DNA of 51,805 nucleotides from an uncultured Verrucomicrobiota bacterium (GTDB lineage: Bacteria > Verrucomicrobiota > Kiritimatiellia > CAIQIC01 > Lenti-01), in the NCBI GenBank assembly GCA_964397035.1, contig CAYNHA010000014.1, positions 1 through 51,805 of the forward strand, written 5' to 3'. Position numbers and translations under genes: made by a program. A model generated the notes under the pieces. It saw only the letters and a program-made list of their open reading frames with translations. It was not told the origin of the DNA and ran no database searches. Of the stretch, positions 1 to 9,289 are shown piece by piece (position 1 is the stretch's first letter; every line of letters starts with the position of its first letter).

Positions 1-88
1 CATGGCCGAGGATATGCCCGACATCGCGCGCCGGGTGATGGGGAGCGTGTCAGCGCCGCCGGTGGCCGTCCGGCGCGGGATGGAGTGA
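1..88 (+). CDS. C-terminal fragment of an unidentified upstream gene (partial at window edge)
   Basis: The frame starting at nt 2 is open from the window edge to TGA 86-88 (28 codons, ...MGSVSAPPVAVRRGME*). Too short for a product call. Confidence 0.2.
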   Translation, partial: MAEDMPDIARRVMGSVSAPPVAVRRGME

Positions 89-147
89 AAGGCCGCGACC
101 GAAGCGAAGATTTCAGAAAATTAACCAACAAGGAACTGAGGCGAATC

Positions 148-1680
148 ATGAAGACAGCAATCGCAAGACGATGGGCCGTGCCGATCCTGGCGGGAGCCGG
201 GTTGGCCGCCGCGCATGCGGCGGAGAATGCGCCCCCCAACATCCTGATGATCACGACGGATGACGTGGGCTACTACAACATCGGCGCCTACAACCTGGGC
301 ATGATGGGGGTGCCGACGCCGAACATCGACCGGCTGGCCAAGGAAGGCATTTTGTTCACGGACCACTACGCGGAACCGACCAGCACGCCGGGCCGGGCTG
401 CGTTCATCACGGGGCAGCGGCCGATCCGCACGGGCCTGACGACGGTCGGCATGGCTGGCTCGCCGATCGGTCTCGACCAGCGCGATCCCACGCTGGCAGA
501 AGTGCTCAAGACCCAGGGGTACCAATGCGGCCAGTTCGGCAAGAACCACCTCGGGGACCGGAACTCGCATTTGCCGACCGTCCACGGGTTCGACGTCTTT
601 TACGGCAATCTCTACCACCTCAACACCGAGGAGGAGCCCGAGCTGGGAGATTGGCCGAAAGATCCCGGATTCGACCAGCGTTACCGTCCGCGCGGTGTCC
701 TCGACTGCGTTGCCACCGACGTGGATGATCCCACGGAGGACGCCCGTTTCGGCCGCGTCGGGAAGCAGACGATCAAGGACACCGGGCCGCTGACCCGCAA
801 GCGCATGGAGACCGTGGACGACGAATTCATGGAACGTGCCCTGGGTTTCATGCGCACGACCGTCCAGGAGGACAAGCCGTTTTTCGTTTGGTATGCCCCG
901 AGCCGCATGCACATCTATACGCATCTGCGGGAGGGGCGGCAGACCCAGGCCGCGCCGTACACTTCCGAAATGGACATCTACGGCAGCGGCATGATGGAAC
1001 TGGATCAACAAGTCGGGCGCCTTCTGGATGAACTGGAGGCGCTGGGCTTGGCCAGCAACACGATCGTCCTTTTCACGGCCGACAACGGCGCCATGGCGCG
1101 CTGGTGGCCCGATGGCGGCACGACGCCGTTCCGCGGCGAGAAAGCGACGACCTGGGAAGGCGGCGTGCGGGTGCCGATGCTGGTCCGCTGGCCGGCGAAA
1201 ATCCCGGGGGGCAAGATTTCGAACGGCATCCAGGACAACACGGACTTGTTCGCGACGCTGGCGGCGGCGGCCGGCATCCCAAATGTCGCCGAGCAGTTGA
1301 AGGCGTCGCACAAGGTCCACGTCGACGGCGTGAACAACCTCGCCCACTGGACCGGCGACGCGCCCTCGGCCCGCAACGTGTATCTCTATTACAACGAGGC
1401 GGAATTGACCGCGATCCGGATCGGAAACTGGAAGTCGCACATGATGGAGAGGGAGGGGTTCTTCGACTACAACCGGCCCTCGGCGCGGATATTCAACCTG
1501 CGGATGGATCCCTTCGAGAAACAGGAAGGCTGGAAATCCGAGGAAATCGCCATGAAACTGGGCGTGGCCTGGGGTGGACAGGTCCAGGATGCGCTCGGGG
1601 CGTGGTTCCAGTCGCTCGCGGAGTATCCGCCCCGACAGAAGGGCGGAACGCTCACCCCGAATGCGTCCACGTTTGAGTAG
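148..1680 (+). CDS. Secreted sulfatase (arylsulfatase family), Ser-type active site
   Basis: Internal ATG 148 gives the signal peptide MKTAIARRWAVPILAGAGLAAAHA. It has the N-terminal ILMITTDDVGY metal-binding block. The sulfatase signature P-T-S-T-P-G-R-A-A-F-I-T-G has Ser, not Cys, at the formylglycine position. A GKNHLGD block is also present. Confidence 0.9.
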   Translation: MKTAIARRWAVPILAGAGLAAAHAAENAPPNILMITTDDVGYYNIGAYNLGMMGVPTPNIDRLAKEGILFTDHYAEPTSTPGRAAFITGQRPIRTGLTTVGMAGSPIGLDQRDPTLAEVLKTQGYQCGQFGKNHLGDRNSHLPTVHGFDVFYGNLYHLNTEEEPELGDWPKDPGFDQRYRPRGVLDCVATDVDDPTEDARFGRVGKQTIKDTGPLTRKRMETVDDEFMERALGFMRTTVQEDKPFFVWYAPSRMHIYTHLREGRQTQAAPYTSEMDIYGSGMMELDQQVGRLLDELEALGLASNTIVLFTADNGAMARWWPDGGTTPFRGEKATTWEGGVRVPMLVRWPAKIPGGKISNGIQDNTDLFATLAAAAGIPNVAEQLKASHKVHVDGVNNLAHWTGDAPSARNVYLYYNEAELTAIRIGNWKSHMMEREGFFDYNRPSARIFNLRMDPFEKQEGWKSEEIAMKLGVAWGGQVQDALGAWFQSLAEYPPRQKGGTLTPNASTFE

Positions 1681-1706
1681 GGCAGCAGCAGGAACCTGGT
1701 GCCGGT

Positions 1707-1732
1707 CGCCCCGCCGCTCCGGCGGCGGGGCG
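1707..1732 (+). terminator. GC-rich hairpin between the sulfatase and OMP genes (weak terminator or attenuator)
   Basis: CGCCCCGCCG (1707-1716) pairs perfectly with CGGCGGGGCG (1723-1732) around a 6-nt loop. Only a weak TTGT follows, so termination efficiency is unclear. Confidence 0.3.
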
Positions 1733-1753
1733 TTGTAAAAAGGAGATGGATTC

Positions 1754-2719
1754 ATGCAACGTGAAACGGATTTGAAGAGAAGCGCAAAGAGATTGAACTG
1801 GCATTGGGCTGGCCTTCTCTCAACGGTATTGTTGTCCTTCGTTGCGCAAGCCGGCGAGCAAGGACATTACGTGCCGGGGTCCTGGTCGCCCCGCGACTTG
1901 ATCTCCGCTCCGGCGGGCCTGACGGTGTTTGCGCCGTACGTCTCGTTTTACGATGCGGCCAAGGCGCGCACGGGGAGCGGGGCCAAGGTCGATGCCGGCA
2001 CCGGCGTAGACGTGGGCGCGGACTCCTGGATGTTCACCCCGGTGCTGGTCTACGCGCCCCATCTGAAACCGTTGGGCGCAGACTGGTCCATGACCGTGGT
2101 TCCGGCCTATGGCGAATCTGGTGCCAATGCCCGGCTTACCGCCTACGAGCAGAACATCCCGCTGTTCGACAACAACAACACGGGCTGGGGCGATCTGTAC
2201 GCCATTCCCGCGAACCTGACGTGGCATCTGAATTCAAAGTGGGCTCTATCTGCCCAGTATGCCTTCTGGGCGCCGGTGGGGGAGTACGACGCCGACCGCT
2301 CCGACAACGTGGGGCTGGGCTATTGGAGCCATGACATCCGGGGCACGGTATCGTTCTTTCCCCTCGGGAACCCGGGGCTGCTGCTGTCCGCCTCCGTGGT
2401 TCATGAAATCAACAGCCACAAGGAAGGCTTCGACCTGAGACCCGCGCCGCATACCTCCGCAGAAATCGGCGCCTCCATGGCCTTCTCGGAACGCTTCATG
2501 TGCGGCGTCATGGCAGGCGGCATCTGGGAAACCGGCGACGCCACGGGACGGGACGCGACCGAAGACGGCCGCGACCGCATGCTCAATGCGGCAGTGGAAG
2601 CTTCCTACTGGTTTGCGCCGGGCAAACTCGGAACCATGGCCCGAATCACGCAGGAATTCAGTGTTCGCGATCGGTTCGAGGGCACCCTATTCACCTGCGG
2701 AATGAACTACCTGTTCTGA
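1754..2719 (+). CDS. Outer-membrane beta-barrel protein, MetA-pathway/phenol-degradation-like transporter family
   Basis: AAGGAG lies upstream of ATG 1754. The signal peptide ends ...FVAQA and the mature N-terminus is GEQGHYVPGSW. The C-terminus is aromatic (...NYLF), typical of beta-barrel OMPs. The family call is from memory of PF13557-like proteins. Confidence 0.65.
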   Translation: MQRETDLKRSAKRLNWHWAGLLSTVLLSFVAQAGEQGHYVPGSWSPRDLISAPAGLTVFAPYVSFYDAAKARTGSGAKVDAGTGVDVGADSWMFTPVLVYAPHLKPLGADWSMTVVPAYGESGANARLTAYEQNIPLFDNNNTGWGDLYAIPANLTWHLNSKWALSAQYAFWAPVGEYDADRSDNVGLGYWSHDIRGTVSFFPLGNPGLLLSASVVHEINSHKEGFDLRPAPHTSAEIGASMAFSERFMCGVMAGGIWETGDATGRDATEDGRDRMLNAAVEASYWFAPGKLGTMARITQEFSVRDRFEGTLFTCGMNYLF

Positions 2720-2845
2720 CGCGCTTGGCGTTGCCGGGTCCAAAATCGGCACTCACGTTGGGGAGGGGAAGGGCCGAGATGGAACCGGTCCATGCGTTCT
2801 GTGGCCGCTGGCCGAAGAGGAGGAACGGGGAGACAGCGGAACGAA

Positions 2846-4177
2846 TCAGGGCGCTCCGACGACAATCCGGAAGAAGGTGTTGCTGGCGAGGCCGGCGACA
2901 TCGAGGGTGACGACATTGATTGGCGCCGTATTGGAGATGCCGGACTGAACGACATGCCGATAGCCGTTGGTGGGATGTGTGGCCGAACGAATCGCACAGG
3001 TCCGGCCGGTGGCGCTCTGCCAGCTCAGGACCAGTTCCTGACCGTTGGCGATGGGAGCCAACTGGATCAGCACCGAACTCGAATTGGTGGGATCCGTGCC
3101 CGCGAGGATTTCGGCGGCGTTGGAGATGCGGTCGCCGTCCGAATCCGCGGAACCGACCGTTTGGGTGGTGCTGCCGAAGTGCCAAAGCTCAACACCATCG
3201 GCCAAGCCATCCGCATCCGTGTCTTCCGCCGGGCGGAACTCGCGGTACCACGCCACCGCTTCGCCGGCCGGGAGGTTGTTGTCATCCGTGACGATGCATC
3301 CGCCGCTGTCGTTGGTGGAAGAGGCCGGAACCAAGGCGAAGCCTTCCAGGTTTCCGTTCCGGGGGCCGTTGTATTCCGCAAGGGGCCGCAGGCGCCGGAC
3401 CGAACCTTCGACGTACGAATTCAGTTCGACCACTTCCAGATAATTGATATTGGCCGGATTGTGCCAGATGTAGAGCTGGCCGGTGGCGCGGTCGAAGGCC
3501 AGATCGGCGGTTTCGGACTGGCCAGTCTTGTAGCGGCCGACATAGCCATAGGTGTTGTCGGTGCGGTTCAGGTCGAAGACGTGGATATAGCCATCCGCCT
3601 GGTAGCCTACGAACAACAGCCCGCCCATGCCATTGGTGCTGGTATAGAGATCGCCATTCGTCTGGCGGAAATGCTGTCGGCGGAGGTATTCGTCGGGAAT
3701 GAACGCCAGTCCTTCGCCGCCGGAGGATCCGCCCGCTTCCGGGCATTGGGTCCGGATATCCCAGACGTGGGTCGCATGGATCTCCCCATGGGTCCGGATG
3801 TCGTATTCGCGGATATAGCCGTTTTCGTCCATCACATAGACCAGATTGGTATCCGAGTCGGTTTGGCAGATGCCTTCGAAGTCGCCGCTGCTTGTCCACT
3901 TCGCCGGCGTTCCCGAAGCATTCGTGGCCACGTGCATGCCCAGGGGACCGCCTTCCGCCAGCGCCCAGAAATAGCCGCTGTTGCTTGCCAGCCAAAGCAG
4001 GCGCGTGTCGGGATTCCAGAAGGCGCCGCTCCAGTTGGCGGCGTTCAAGCCGGGATCGATGCCTGTCACTTGCACGGCGGCGGTGTTGGTTTCCGCTGGC
4101 CACGGGTCGGCGGCCGAAACCGCCAAAGCCAACGACAGCAGGGCAGTCAGCATGGATGGGAAAAGGCGAATGTTCAT
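2846..4177 (-). CDS. Secreted propeller-like protein (SdiA-regulated/phytase-like fold?) with thrombospondin-type-3-like Ca-binding repeats
   Basis: ATG at 4177 gives the signal peptide MNIRLFPSMLTALLSLALAVSA. Recurrent DFEGI / GEGLAF / LEGFAL blade-like motifs are present. DTDADGLADGVE and DSDGDRISNAAE are Asp-rich repeats. The start was chosen over 4213 because of the signal peptide. Confidence 0.55.
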   Translation of the reverse strand: MNIRLFPSMLTALLSLALAVSAADPWPAETNTAAVQVTGIDPGLNAANWSGAFWNPDTRLLWLASNSGYFWALAEGGPLGMHVATNASGTPAKWTSSGDFEGICQTDSDTNLVYVMDENGYIREYDIRTHGEIHATHVWDIRTQCPEAGGSSGGEGLAFIPDEYLRRQHFRQTNGDLYTSTNGMGGLLFVGYQADGYIHVFDLNRTDNTYGYVGRYKTGQSETADLAFDRATGQLYIWHNPANINYLEVVELNSYVEGSVRRLRPLAEYNGPRNGNLEGFALVPASSTNDSGGCIVTDDNNLPAGEAVAWYREFRPAEDTDADGLADGVELWHFGSTTQTVGSADSDGDRISNAAEILAGTDPTNSSSVLIQLAPIANGQELVLSWQSATGRTCAIRSATHPTNGYRHVVQSGISNTAPINVVTLDVAGLASNTFFRIVVGAP

Positions 4178-4289
4178 GTCTCGAGGTGCACCAGGCACCC
4201 GCTCCATGCCCATCCTACTTCGGTTTCAGGAAAAGTCATCCGATTATTCTGCTGTTTCCGCAGGCAGGCCCAGGCCATTTTGCACAGAA

Positions 4290-5015
4290 TTATTCTCCGG
4301 AGCCCTTTTCCTGCCCCTTTTCCTCCTGTTGGGTGATGAGCCTGTGGGCGATGTAGGCTTCGCGGAAGTCGGGATCCAGGCGGCGTCGGGACGCGGAATC
4401 GAGCGATTCGAGGGGAACCCCGATTTCGTGGGTAGGGGTGGCGACGAGGGCCACGCGGCCGGTTCCGGTACCCGAGAAACTGGTGAGCGTACCTTTGTCG
4501 ATGAACCCGTTCGTGCGGCGCAGTTCGACGGTTTCGTTGATCTTGTAGAGAGGTTCGCTTTCGTCGAGTTGTCGACGCAGCGCTTGTTCGGCCACCTGCG
4601 CCATGCGTTCGGTTTCGGTCGGCTGAGTCTCGCCATATTCAGGAGCCGGGGCGGGAGGCGGAACGGGTTGGACCGGCGTTTCAACCATGGTGGGCGACGG
4701 TGGAGTTGGCCTGGCTACGGCGGGTTCAGCGATGGGGGCTTCAGGAATCGAATTTTCCGGTTTAGTCCCGAACAAAAATGCGCTGATGGCGACCAAGGCC
4801 AGAAAGACGGCTCCGATCGTGACAAGCCACCGTGTGTTTGCGCAGCATGCGCATTCTTCACCGACTTGTTGCTGGGTTGCGGCGGGATTCGATTTCCCGC
4901 AGTGGGGGCAATCGACCGTTGGCGTTTTGCCGGATGCGTCAGGGACGAACGGCTTTCCGCAACATGCGCATTTGATTGGATTAACCATGGCTGGGCTCCC
5001 GGGTTTCATGGTCAT
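4290..5015 (-). CDS. Hypothetical membrane-anchored protein with an N-terminal zinc ribbon
   Basis: CACCGK...CPHCGK Cys pairs are followed by one TM helix (WLVTIGAVFLALVAISAFLFG), a Pro-rich linker and a globular C-terminus. No family recognised. Confidence 0.55.
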   Translation of the reverse strand: MTMKPGSPAMVNPIKCACCGKPFVPDASGKTPTVDCPHCGKSNPAATQQQVGEECACCANTRWLVTIGAVFLALVAISAFLFGTKPENSIPEAPIAEPAVARPTPPSPTMVETPVQPVPPPAPAPEYGETQPTETERMAQVAEQALRRQLDESEPLYKINETVELRRTNGFIDKGTLTSFSGTGTGRVALVATPTHEIGVPLESLDSASRRRLDPDFREAYIAHRLITQQEEKGQEKGSGE

Positions 5016-5040
5016 GCTATTTTATTGGCAGTTATGAAAC

Positions 5041-5131
5041 TGGCGGAGAGGGAGGGATTCGAACCCTCGATACCCTTTTGAGGTATACACGCTTTCCAGG
5101 CGGGCCCGATCGGCCACTCCGGCACCTCTCC
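5041..5131 (-). tRNA. tRNA-Ser (anticodon GGA), long variable arm, CCA encoded
   Basis: The reverse complement reads GGAGAGGTGCCGGAGTGGCCGATCGGGCCCGCCTGGAAAGCGTG...GAGGGTTCGAATCCCTCCCTCTCCGCCA. It has a 7-bp acceptor stem, a T-loop GGTTCGAATCC and anticodon loop CTGGAAA. There is one mismatch in the anticodon stem. Confidence 0.9.
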
Positions 5132-5167
5132 TTGACAAAAAAATCGAAAATCCGAGTCGATCTGTAT

Positions 5168-5253
5168 TGGTACCGGAGAAGGGACTTGAACCCATACGCC
5201 TGTGAAGGCGCCAGATTTTGAGTCTGGTGCGTCTGCCATTCCGCCACTCCGGC
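5168..5253 (-). tRNA. tRNA-Leu (anticodon CAA), long variable arm, CCA encoded
   Basis: The reverse complement reads GCCGGAGTGGCGGAATGGCAGACGCACCAGACTCAAAATCTGG...GGGTTCAAGTCCCTTCTCCGGTACCA. The anticodon stem-loop is CCAGA-CTCAAAA-TCTGG. Confidence 0.9.
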
Positions 5254-5311
5254 TTTTTCGATGGCACGCGAACCCTATCGGGAGCGGAGGCCGCGCGCAA
5301 GCTGAAAAGCA

Positions 5312-5335
5312 AAACAATCTGCCAAACAATCTGCC
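5312..5335. repeat. Tandem 2 x 12-bp direct repeat AAACAATCTGCC upstream of tRNA-Leu
   Basis: Exact duplication read directly at 5312-5323 and 5324-5335, 59 nt upstream of the tRNA-Leu 5' end on the minus strand. Confidence 0.6.
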
Positions 5336-5353
5336 CGCCTTGAGAGGAGGGGG

Positions 5354-8300
5354 CTAGGGCAGGATATAGCCGAGGCGATAGTAGTTGGTGGTGGAAAGGA
5401 AATTGGTGAGGGTCAGATCAAGAGCGGCGCCGGTTCCGGTCCGGGTGCTGCCGTTGACGATTTGCCAGTTCTGGCTCGGGAAGAGCAGGGGAGTGGCATA
5501 GAGGGCGTAGAGGGCGTTCGAAACACTGTTGGTGAGGTGAATTCCGAATCCGGCGTTTCCCGGCAGGAGGGCGAAATCGGGGATGACGGGCGGGGCATTG
5601 CTGCCTCCCGAGCGAAGGATGTGGACACTGGCGGTGCTGGTGGCAACGCTACCGGTGGCAGCGCGGGTCACCCGCAGGTTGTTGATGAAGAAATCGCGCT
5701 GGGAGTTGTTGGTGTCGCTGGTGCCATTGTTGTAGGACCAGGCGCGAAACTGGGAAACGGTTCCGGAGAGGACGCCGGTGTATTGCCTCGTGGAGCCGCC
5801 CACGGGCTGCACGTCGACGGAATAGGTCGTGGGGGTTGTCAGGGTGAAGGCAATGTCGAGCCCGTTGCTGGTCCAGGCGATGTCGGTGGCGCCGGTGGTG
5901 CTGTAGGTGGCGTTGCCGCCGTTGAAGTAGAGTTGCCAGAGCGTGGAGCCTTCGCCGGTGCGCAGGGCCACGCCGATCGATCCGCCGCTTTCCCATAGCC
6001 AGCCGTTTTGCATACGCACCCGGAAGGTTTGTCCGGTGGCGAGCGGGGAGGCAAACGTGCGGATGGCTTCCGAAAGGTTGGTCCCTTCGTGCGACCACAA
6101 ACCCCAACCGCGCGCATCGAGGAAGTGGCCGGCATTGGCATCGTGAAAGAGGCTCCACGGGCCGAACCCGGTCCCCGCGTTGCTGCCGTTGGTCCATGAG
6201 GCGTAGGTGCTGGCGGAATCCACGGCCACGGTTGTGACGCCAGCGCCGGGGCCGGCGATGAGGCTGGAAACCTGGATGGCGTTGTCACCGTTCGCAAGGT
6301 CGATGGCGAGGTTCCAGTAGGTCGCGTGTGGAATGCTGCCGCCCAAGCCGGTGGCGGCATTGGTCCAGTTCAAATGGCCGGTCAGGTTGGTGCCGGCCGT
6401 GCCCTCCAGCCGATAGCTGTTAACGGCATGGGCAACGGTGACCGTGGCCACGGAGGGATTGGTAATAAGGACACCGTTGGGCACGGGCGCCGCCGGGGTG
6501 ACGGCGAACGTCCAGTTTCCGCCGCCGTTGTTGTCCCACGTGGTGCCGTTGTTGAAGCACAGGACGATGTTGGTGGCGGCCTGGGGGAGGGTATAAGCAT
6601 AGGTCCAGAGAGAGCCGGAGCGGCTCATGGCCATGCCGGGGGCCACGGTCCAATTGGCGTCGCCATTGTAGCCGTAGTGCATGTTGACGTTGGTGGCCGC
6701 GGCCAGATTGCGGCCGGCGGGATCGTAGGTGACCGTGACACTCTGGCCGGCAACGGGCAGGGGGGGATTCAGGCTGACGCCGTTGCTGAAGACGGGGGCG
6801 TCGCAGTCGCGAATGGCCACCTTCCAGTTGGCGCCGCCGTTGTTTTCCCAGTTGGACCCATCGTTGAAGCAGATTTCAAGCTGGGGTGCGTTGTCGGGCA
6901 CGGTGGCAAACGTGATGGAGAAGGAATTAGTGCTTTGGCGGGTCATGGCCGTTGTGGTCCAATCCGTGCTGTTTGTGGAGAAATGGTAGAAGGCGTTCAC
7001 GGTGGAGGCGCTGGCCAGCACAGAGGTGGCGGCATTGAAGAGAACGGAGAGGGGAGCGCAATCCGATGGCGAAACCGGATCGAAGGTGGCGGAGGGGGAA
7101 ACAGCTCCTGACGTTCCATCGTCTTCGACAAAGACGTGCTGGATGTCGGTTTTCACCAGATTGCCCTTGGCATCGGTGGCTTCGATGTAATAGTCGAGCA
7201 GGGCATTGCGATAGCCCGTGACCTTGGCCCAGCAGTAATCCGAGATCTGGGTGGGCAGGACATAGTAGTTCAACTTCGGATTGCTGGTGGGATCGTTCTT
7301 GGGCATGGACCGGCGGGTCATGGGAATGGACGTCCAACTGCCGACGCCCGGGCCACCGGCATAGGTCTCGTTGGCGTTGTTGTTCAGAGGATTCACGCCA
7401 TCGTCATCCCGGCGGACCTTGAGCGTCACATTGCTGAGCCCGGAAACATCATAGGCCAGGGTCCAGATGTAGAAGTCGGAGGACCAGACAGGAGTGGTGA
7501 ATCCCACCGTGGCCCCGCCGGTTGTGAGACCGGCAAGATATTGGCCTTTGCCTTTTCCTCCCGGATTCCAGGGAAAGCGCTGCGGCTTGAACACGGTGGG
7601 CGGCGTATGGTCCGCCGCCGCATTGCCAATGACGGAGGACGCATTCGAAATGGCCCGGTTGGCGGCCACGGTATGCTTCACTTCGTCATCCAGGTCGGTT
7701 CCGAAATACACGAAGCCGCTGTCAAAGCCCCAGAGCAGAAAGTGCCAGGCTTGTTCGGCGGCATTGGGATTGTTGTCGGTGCCGTCATCCTGGTAGGGCT
7801 CTTCGATGCGCCAGGAAAGCACTTGGCCGCCGCCGTCCTCGAAGATCTGCTCGGCCGTTTCGCAGTGGTTCACGCCGGCGAGCATGATGGCCCAGTTGCG
7901 CATGTCGGAATGCCACCCGTTTTCGAGATCGAAAATGGAGTAGGGGTCGGCCCAATTGATGCCGCTGATGCGCCGGGGCGGTTCCAGCCAGCGATAATAC
8001 TGGGGGCTGCCCTGGTCGGCCGCGAGCCATGAGCCGTCTTCCACATGCACCACATCGTTTTCGGGCGCCGGATGCAGGGCGACAAAGTCGCCGATGGTGA
8101 TGGCCTTTTTGCCGTGGCTGGAAGCCTCGTTCATGAAGTTGGGGGCGAACTCGTTCCAAAAACTGTTGCCGCCGCCCCAGAAATTTTCGCCATCGTTGGT
8201 GAGCATGACCAGACACGGCTGGTTGGGATCGTTGTACTCGGCGATTTTTCCGTCGATGTAGCTCCAGCCGACGGTGCCATAGCCGCTCTGATATCCGTGG

Positions 8301-9289
8301 TAATCGCATTGGGGCACGATGGTCATCTTGGTTTCCGTGCCCGTTTCGGGATCCACGAACTTGGCCTTGTGGAGCTGATAGGAGAAGGGGACGGGGAACA
8401 CGTTGCCATAGGTGTCGCGGTTGGCGCCGTACCACTGGGTCAGCGGAACGGTGGGCCCCAGTTGGTCCGCGCGGTTGGGAGGATCGGCCTTCAGCTCCGC
8501 GCCGGGACTGGGCTGGGCGAGGGCGTCCATGTAGTTCGGGCACGTCCGGGCCAAATGGCTGTTGGGAATCATGACCCATTGGTATCCATATTCCACCAGC
8601 ATCGGAATGAGGTGCTCGGAGAAGGCCAGCTCGATGGGCCAGAATCCTTTTGGCTGATCGGACATGTCGGAGGCAAGTCCCCAGGATTTCCGCGTGCGTT
8701 CGCGCTGCATTTCGATTTCCTTGCGGAGAGCGCTCTTGGGAAGCAACGGTGTGAAGGCGTGGTGATACGTTTGACCGAGAACGGCGGCGCGCGAATTTCC
8801 CTGGGAGGTTTTCCAGTTGTAGGCCGTGACGTTGTCGGCATTCCACGTGGGTGAAAAACCAGATTGGCTATAGCGGCCAAAGCTCCAGAGATTCCGCTGC
8901 AGGGCGCCGGAGTAGCTGATGGTCATGCCGGCATCCGATGACGTCATCGCGCCAATGGATTTCTTGATGTTGGCCTGATAGGCCTGTTGCTTGTCGTTGT
9001 TCCCGAAAACCGAATCGTTGCCGCCAACCAGCACCACTTCGGGATGCTGAATGGTGTCGCCGTAGTAGGCTTGGCCGGCATCCTTCAGCGCCTGAGAATC
9101 CTGACCATATTGGCTTTGCTTGGGACGGCCAGCGGCGGTGGCGGGTTCGCCCCAATAGTTCGGCTGGTGCAAATGACGGTGAATGCCGACATGGACAGAC
9201 GTGTCCGCCACCGTTTGCGGGGTCCATCCAAGGCAGGCGCAGATCAATCCGATTCCGAGGCTCAAGCGTTGTGCAGAGGCGGTGCTCAT
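5354..9289 (-). CDS. Giant secreted GH57-family alpha-glucan hydrolase (amylase/amylopullulanase-like) with CBM25-like starch-binding modules
   Basis: ATG 9289 is preceded by GGGAG and gives the signal peptide MSTASAQRLSLGIGLICACLGW. GH57 conserved regions are present: HLHQPNYW, YHHAFTPLLP, GFWPIELAF (nucleophile Glu) and TNDGENFWGG (acid/base Asp). Two modules end in ...CFNDGSNWENNGGANW and ...CFNNGTTWDNNGGGNW (CBM25/53-like). A long C-terminal region is unassigned. Confidence 0.85.
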   Translation of the reverse strand: MSTASAQRLSLGIGLICACLGWTPQTVADTSVHVGIHRHLHQPNYWGEPATAAGRPKQSQYGQDSQALKDAGQAYYGDTIQHPEVVLVGGNDSVFGNNDKQQAYQANIKKSIGAMTSSDAGMTISYSGALQRNLWSFGRYSQSGFSPTWNADNVTAYNWKTSQGNSRAAVLGQTYHHAFTPLLPKSALRKEIEMQRERTRKSWGLASDMSDQPKGFWPIELAFSEHLIPMLVEYGYQWVMIPNSHLARTCPNYMDALAQPSPGAELKADPPNRADQLGPTVPLTQWYGANRDTYGNVFPVPFSYQLHKAKFVDPETGTETKMTIVPQCDYHGYQSGYGTVGWSYIDGKIAEYNDPNQPCLVMLTNDGENFWGGGNSFWNEFAPNFMNEASSHGKKAITIGDFVALHPAPENDVVHVEDGSWLAADQGSPQYYRWLEPPRRISGINWADPYSIFDLENGWHSDMRNWAIMLAGVNHCETAEQIFEDGGGQVLSWRIEEPYQDDGTDNNPNAAEQAWHFLLWGFDSGFVYFGTDLDDEVKHTVAANRAISNASSVIGNAAADHTPPTVFKPQRFPWNPGGKGKGQYLAGLTTGGATVGFTTPVWSSDFYIWTLAYDVSGLSNVTLKVRRDDDGVNPLNNNANETYAGGPGVGSWTSIPMTRRSMPKNDPTSNPKLNYYVLPTQISDYCWAKVTGYRNALLDYYIEATDAKGNLVKTDIQHVFVEDDGTSGAVSPSATFDPVSPSDCAPLSVLFNAATSVLASASTVNAFYHFSTNSTDWTTTAMTRQSTNSFSITFATVPDNAPQLEICFNDGSNWENNGGANWKVAIRDCDAPVFSNGVSLNPPLPVAGQSVTVTYDPAGRNLAAATNVNMHYGYNGDANWTVAPGMAMSRSGSLWTYAYTLPQAATNIVLCFNNGTTWDNNGGGNWTFAVTPAAPVPNGVLITNPSVATVTVAHAVNSYRLEGTAGTNLTGHLNWTNAATGLGGSIPHATYWNLAIDLANGDNAIQVSSLIAGPGAGVTTVAVDSASTYASWTNGSNAGTGFGPWSLFHDANAGHFLDARGWGLWSHEGTNLSEAIRTFASPLATGQTFRVRMQNGWLWESGGSIGVALRTGEGSTLWQLYFNGGNATYSTTGATDIAWTSNGLDIAFTLTTPTTYSVDVQPVGGSTRQYTGVLSGTVSQFRAWSYNNGTSDTNNSQRDFFINNLRVTRAATGSVATSTASVHILRSGGSNAPPVIPDFALLPGNAGFGIHLTNSVSNALYALYATPLLFPSQNWQIVNGSTRTGTGAALDLTLTNFLSTTNYYRLGYILP

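Noticed and set aside
121-1755. Very long antisense or alternative-frame ORFs in the ORF track. Examples: 121-1755 (-), 15623-18112 (-), 20569-22404 (-), 22460-24043 (-), 25999-28017 (-), 38550-40250 (+), 43265-44914 (+), 45526-47148 (+).
   Set aside because: Each lies opposite or out of frame to a gene with strong family motifs. Their translations are Arg/Gly/Ala/Pro/His-rich and low in complexity, and they lack RBS-supported starts. Stop-poor shadow frames of this length are expected in GC-rich DNA.
5041-5353. tRNA-Ser/tRNA-Leu pair as an integration hotspot (genomic island, prophage att site), with the 12-bp tandem repeat at 5312-5335 as an att remnant.
   Set aside because: No integrase, no duplicated tRNA 3'-end fragment and no compositional break could be seen on either side. 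The 12-bp repeat is a simple tandem duplication unrelated to the tRNA sequence.
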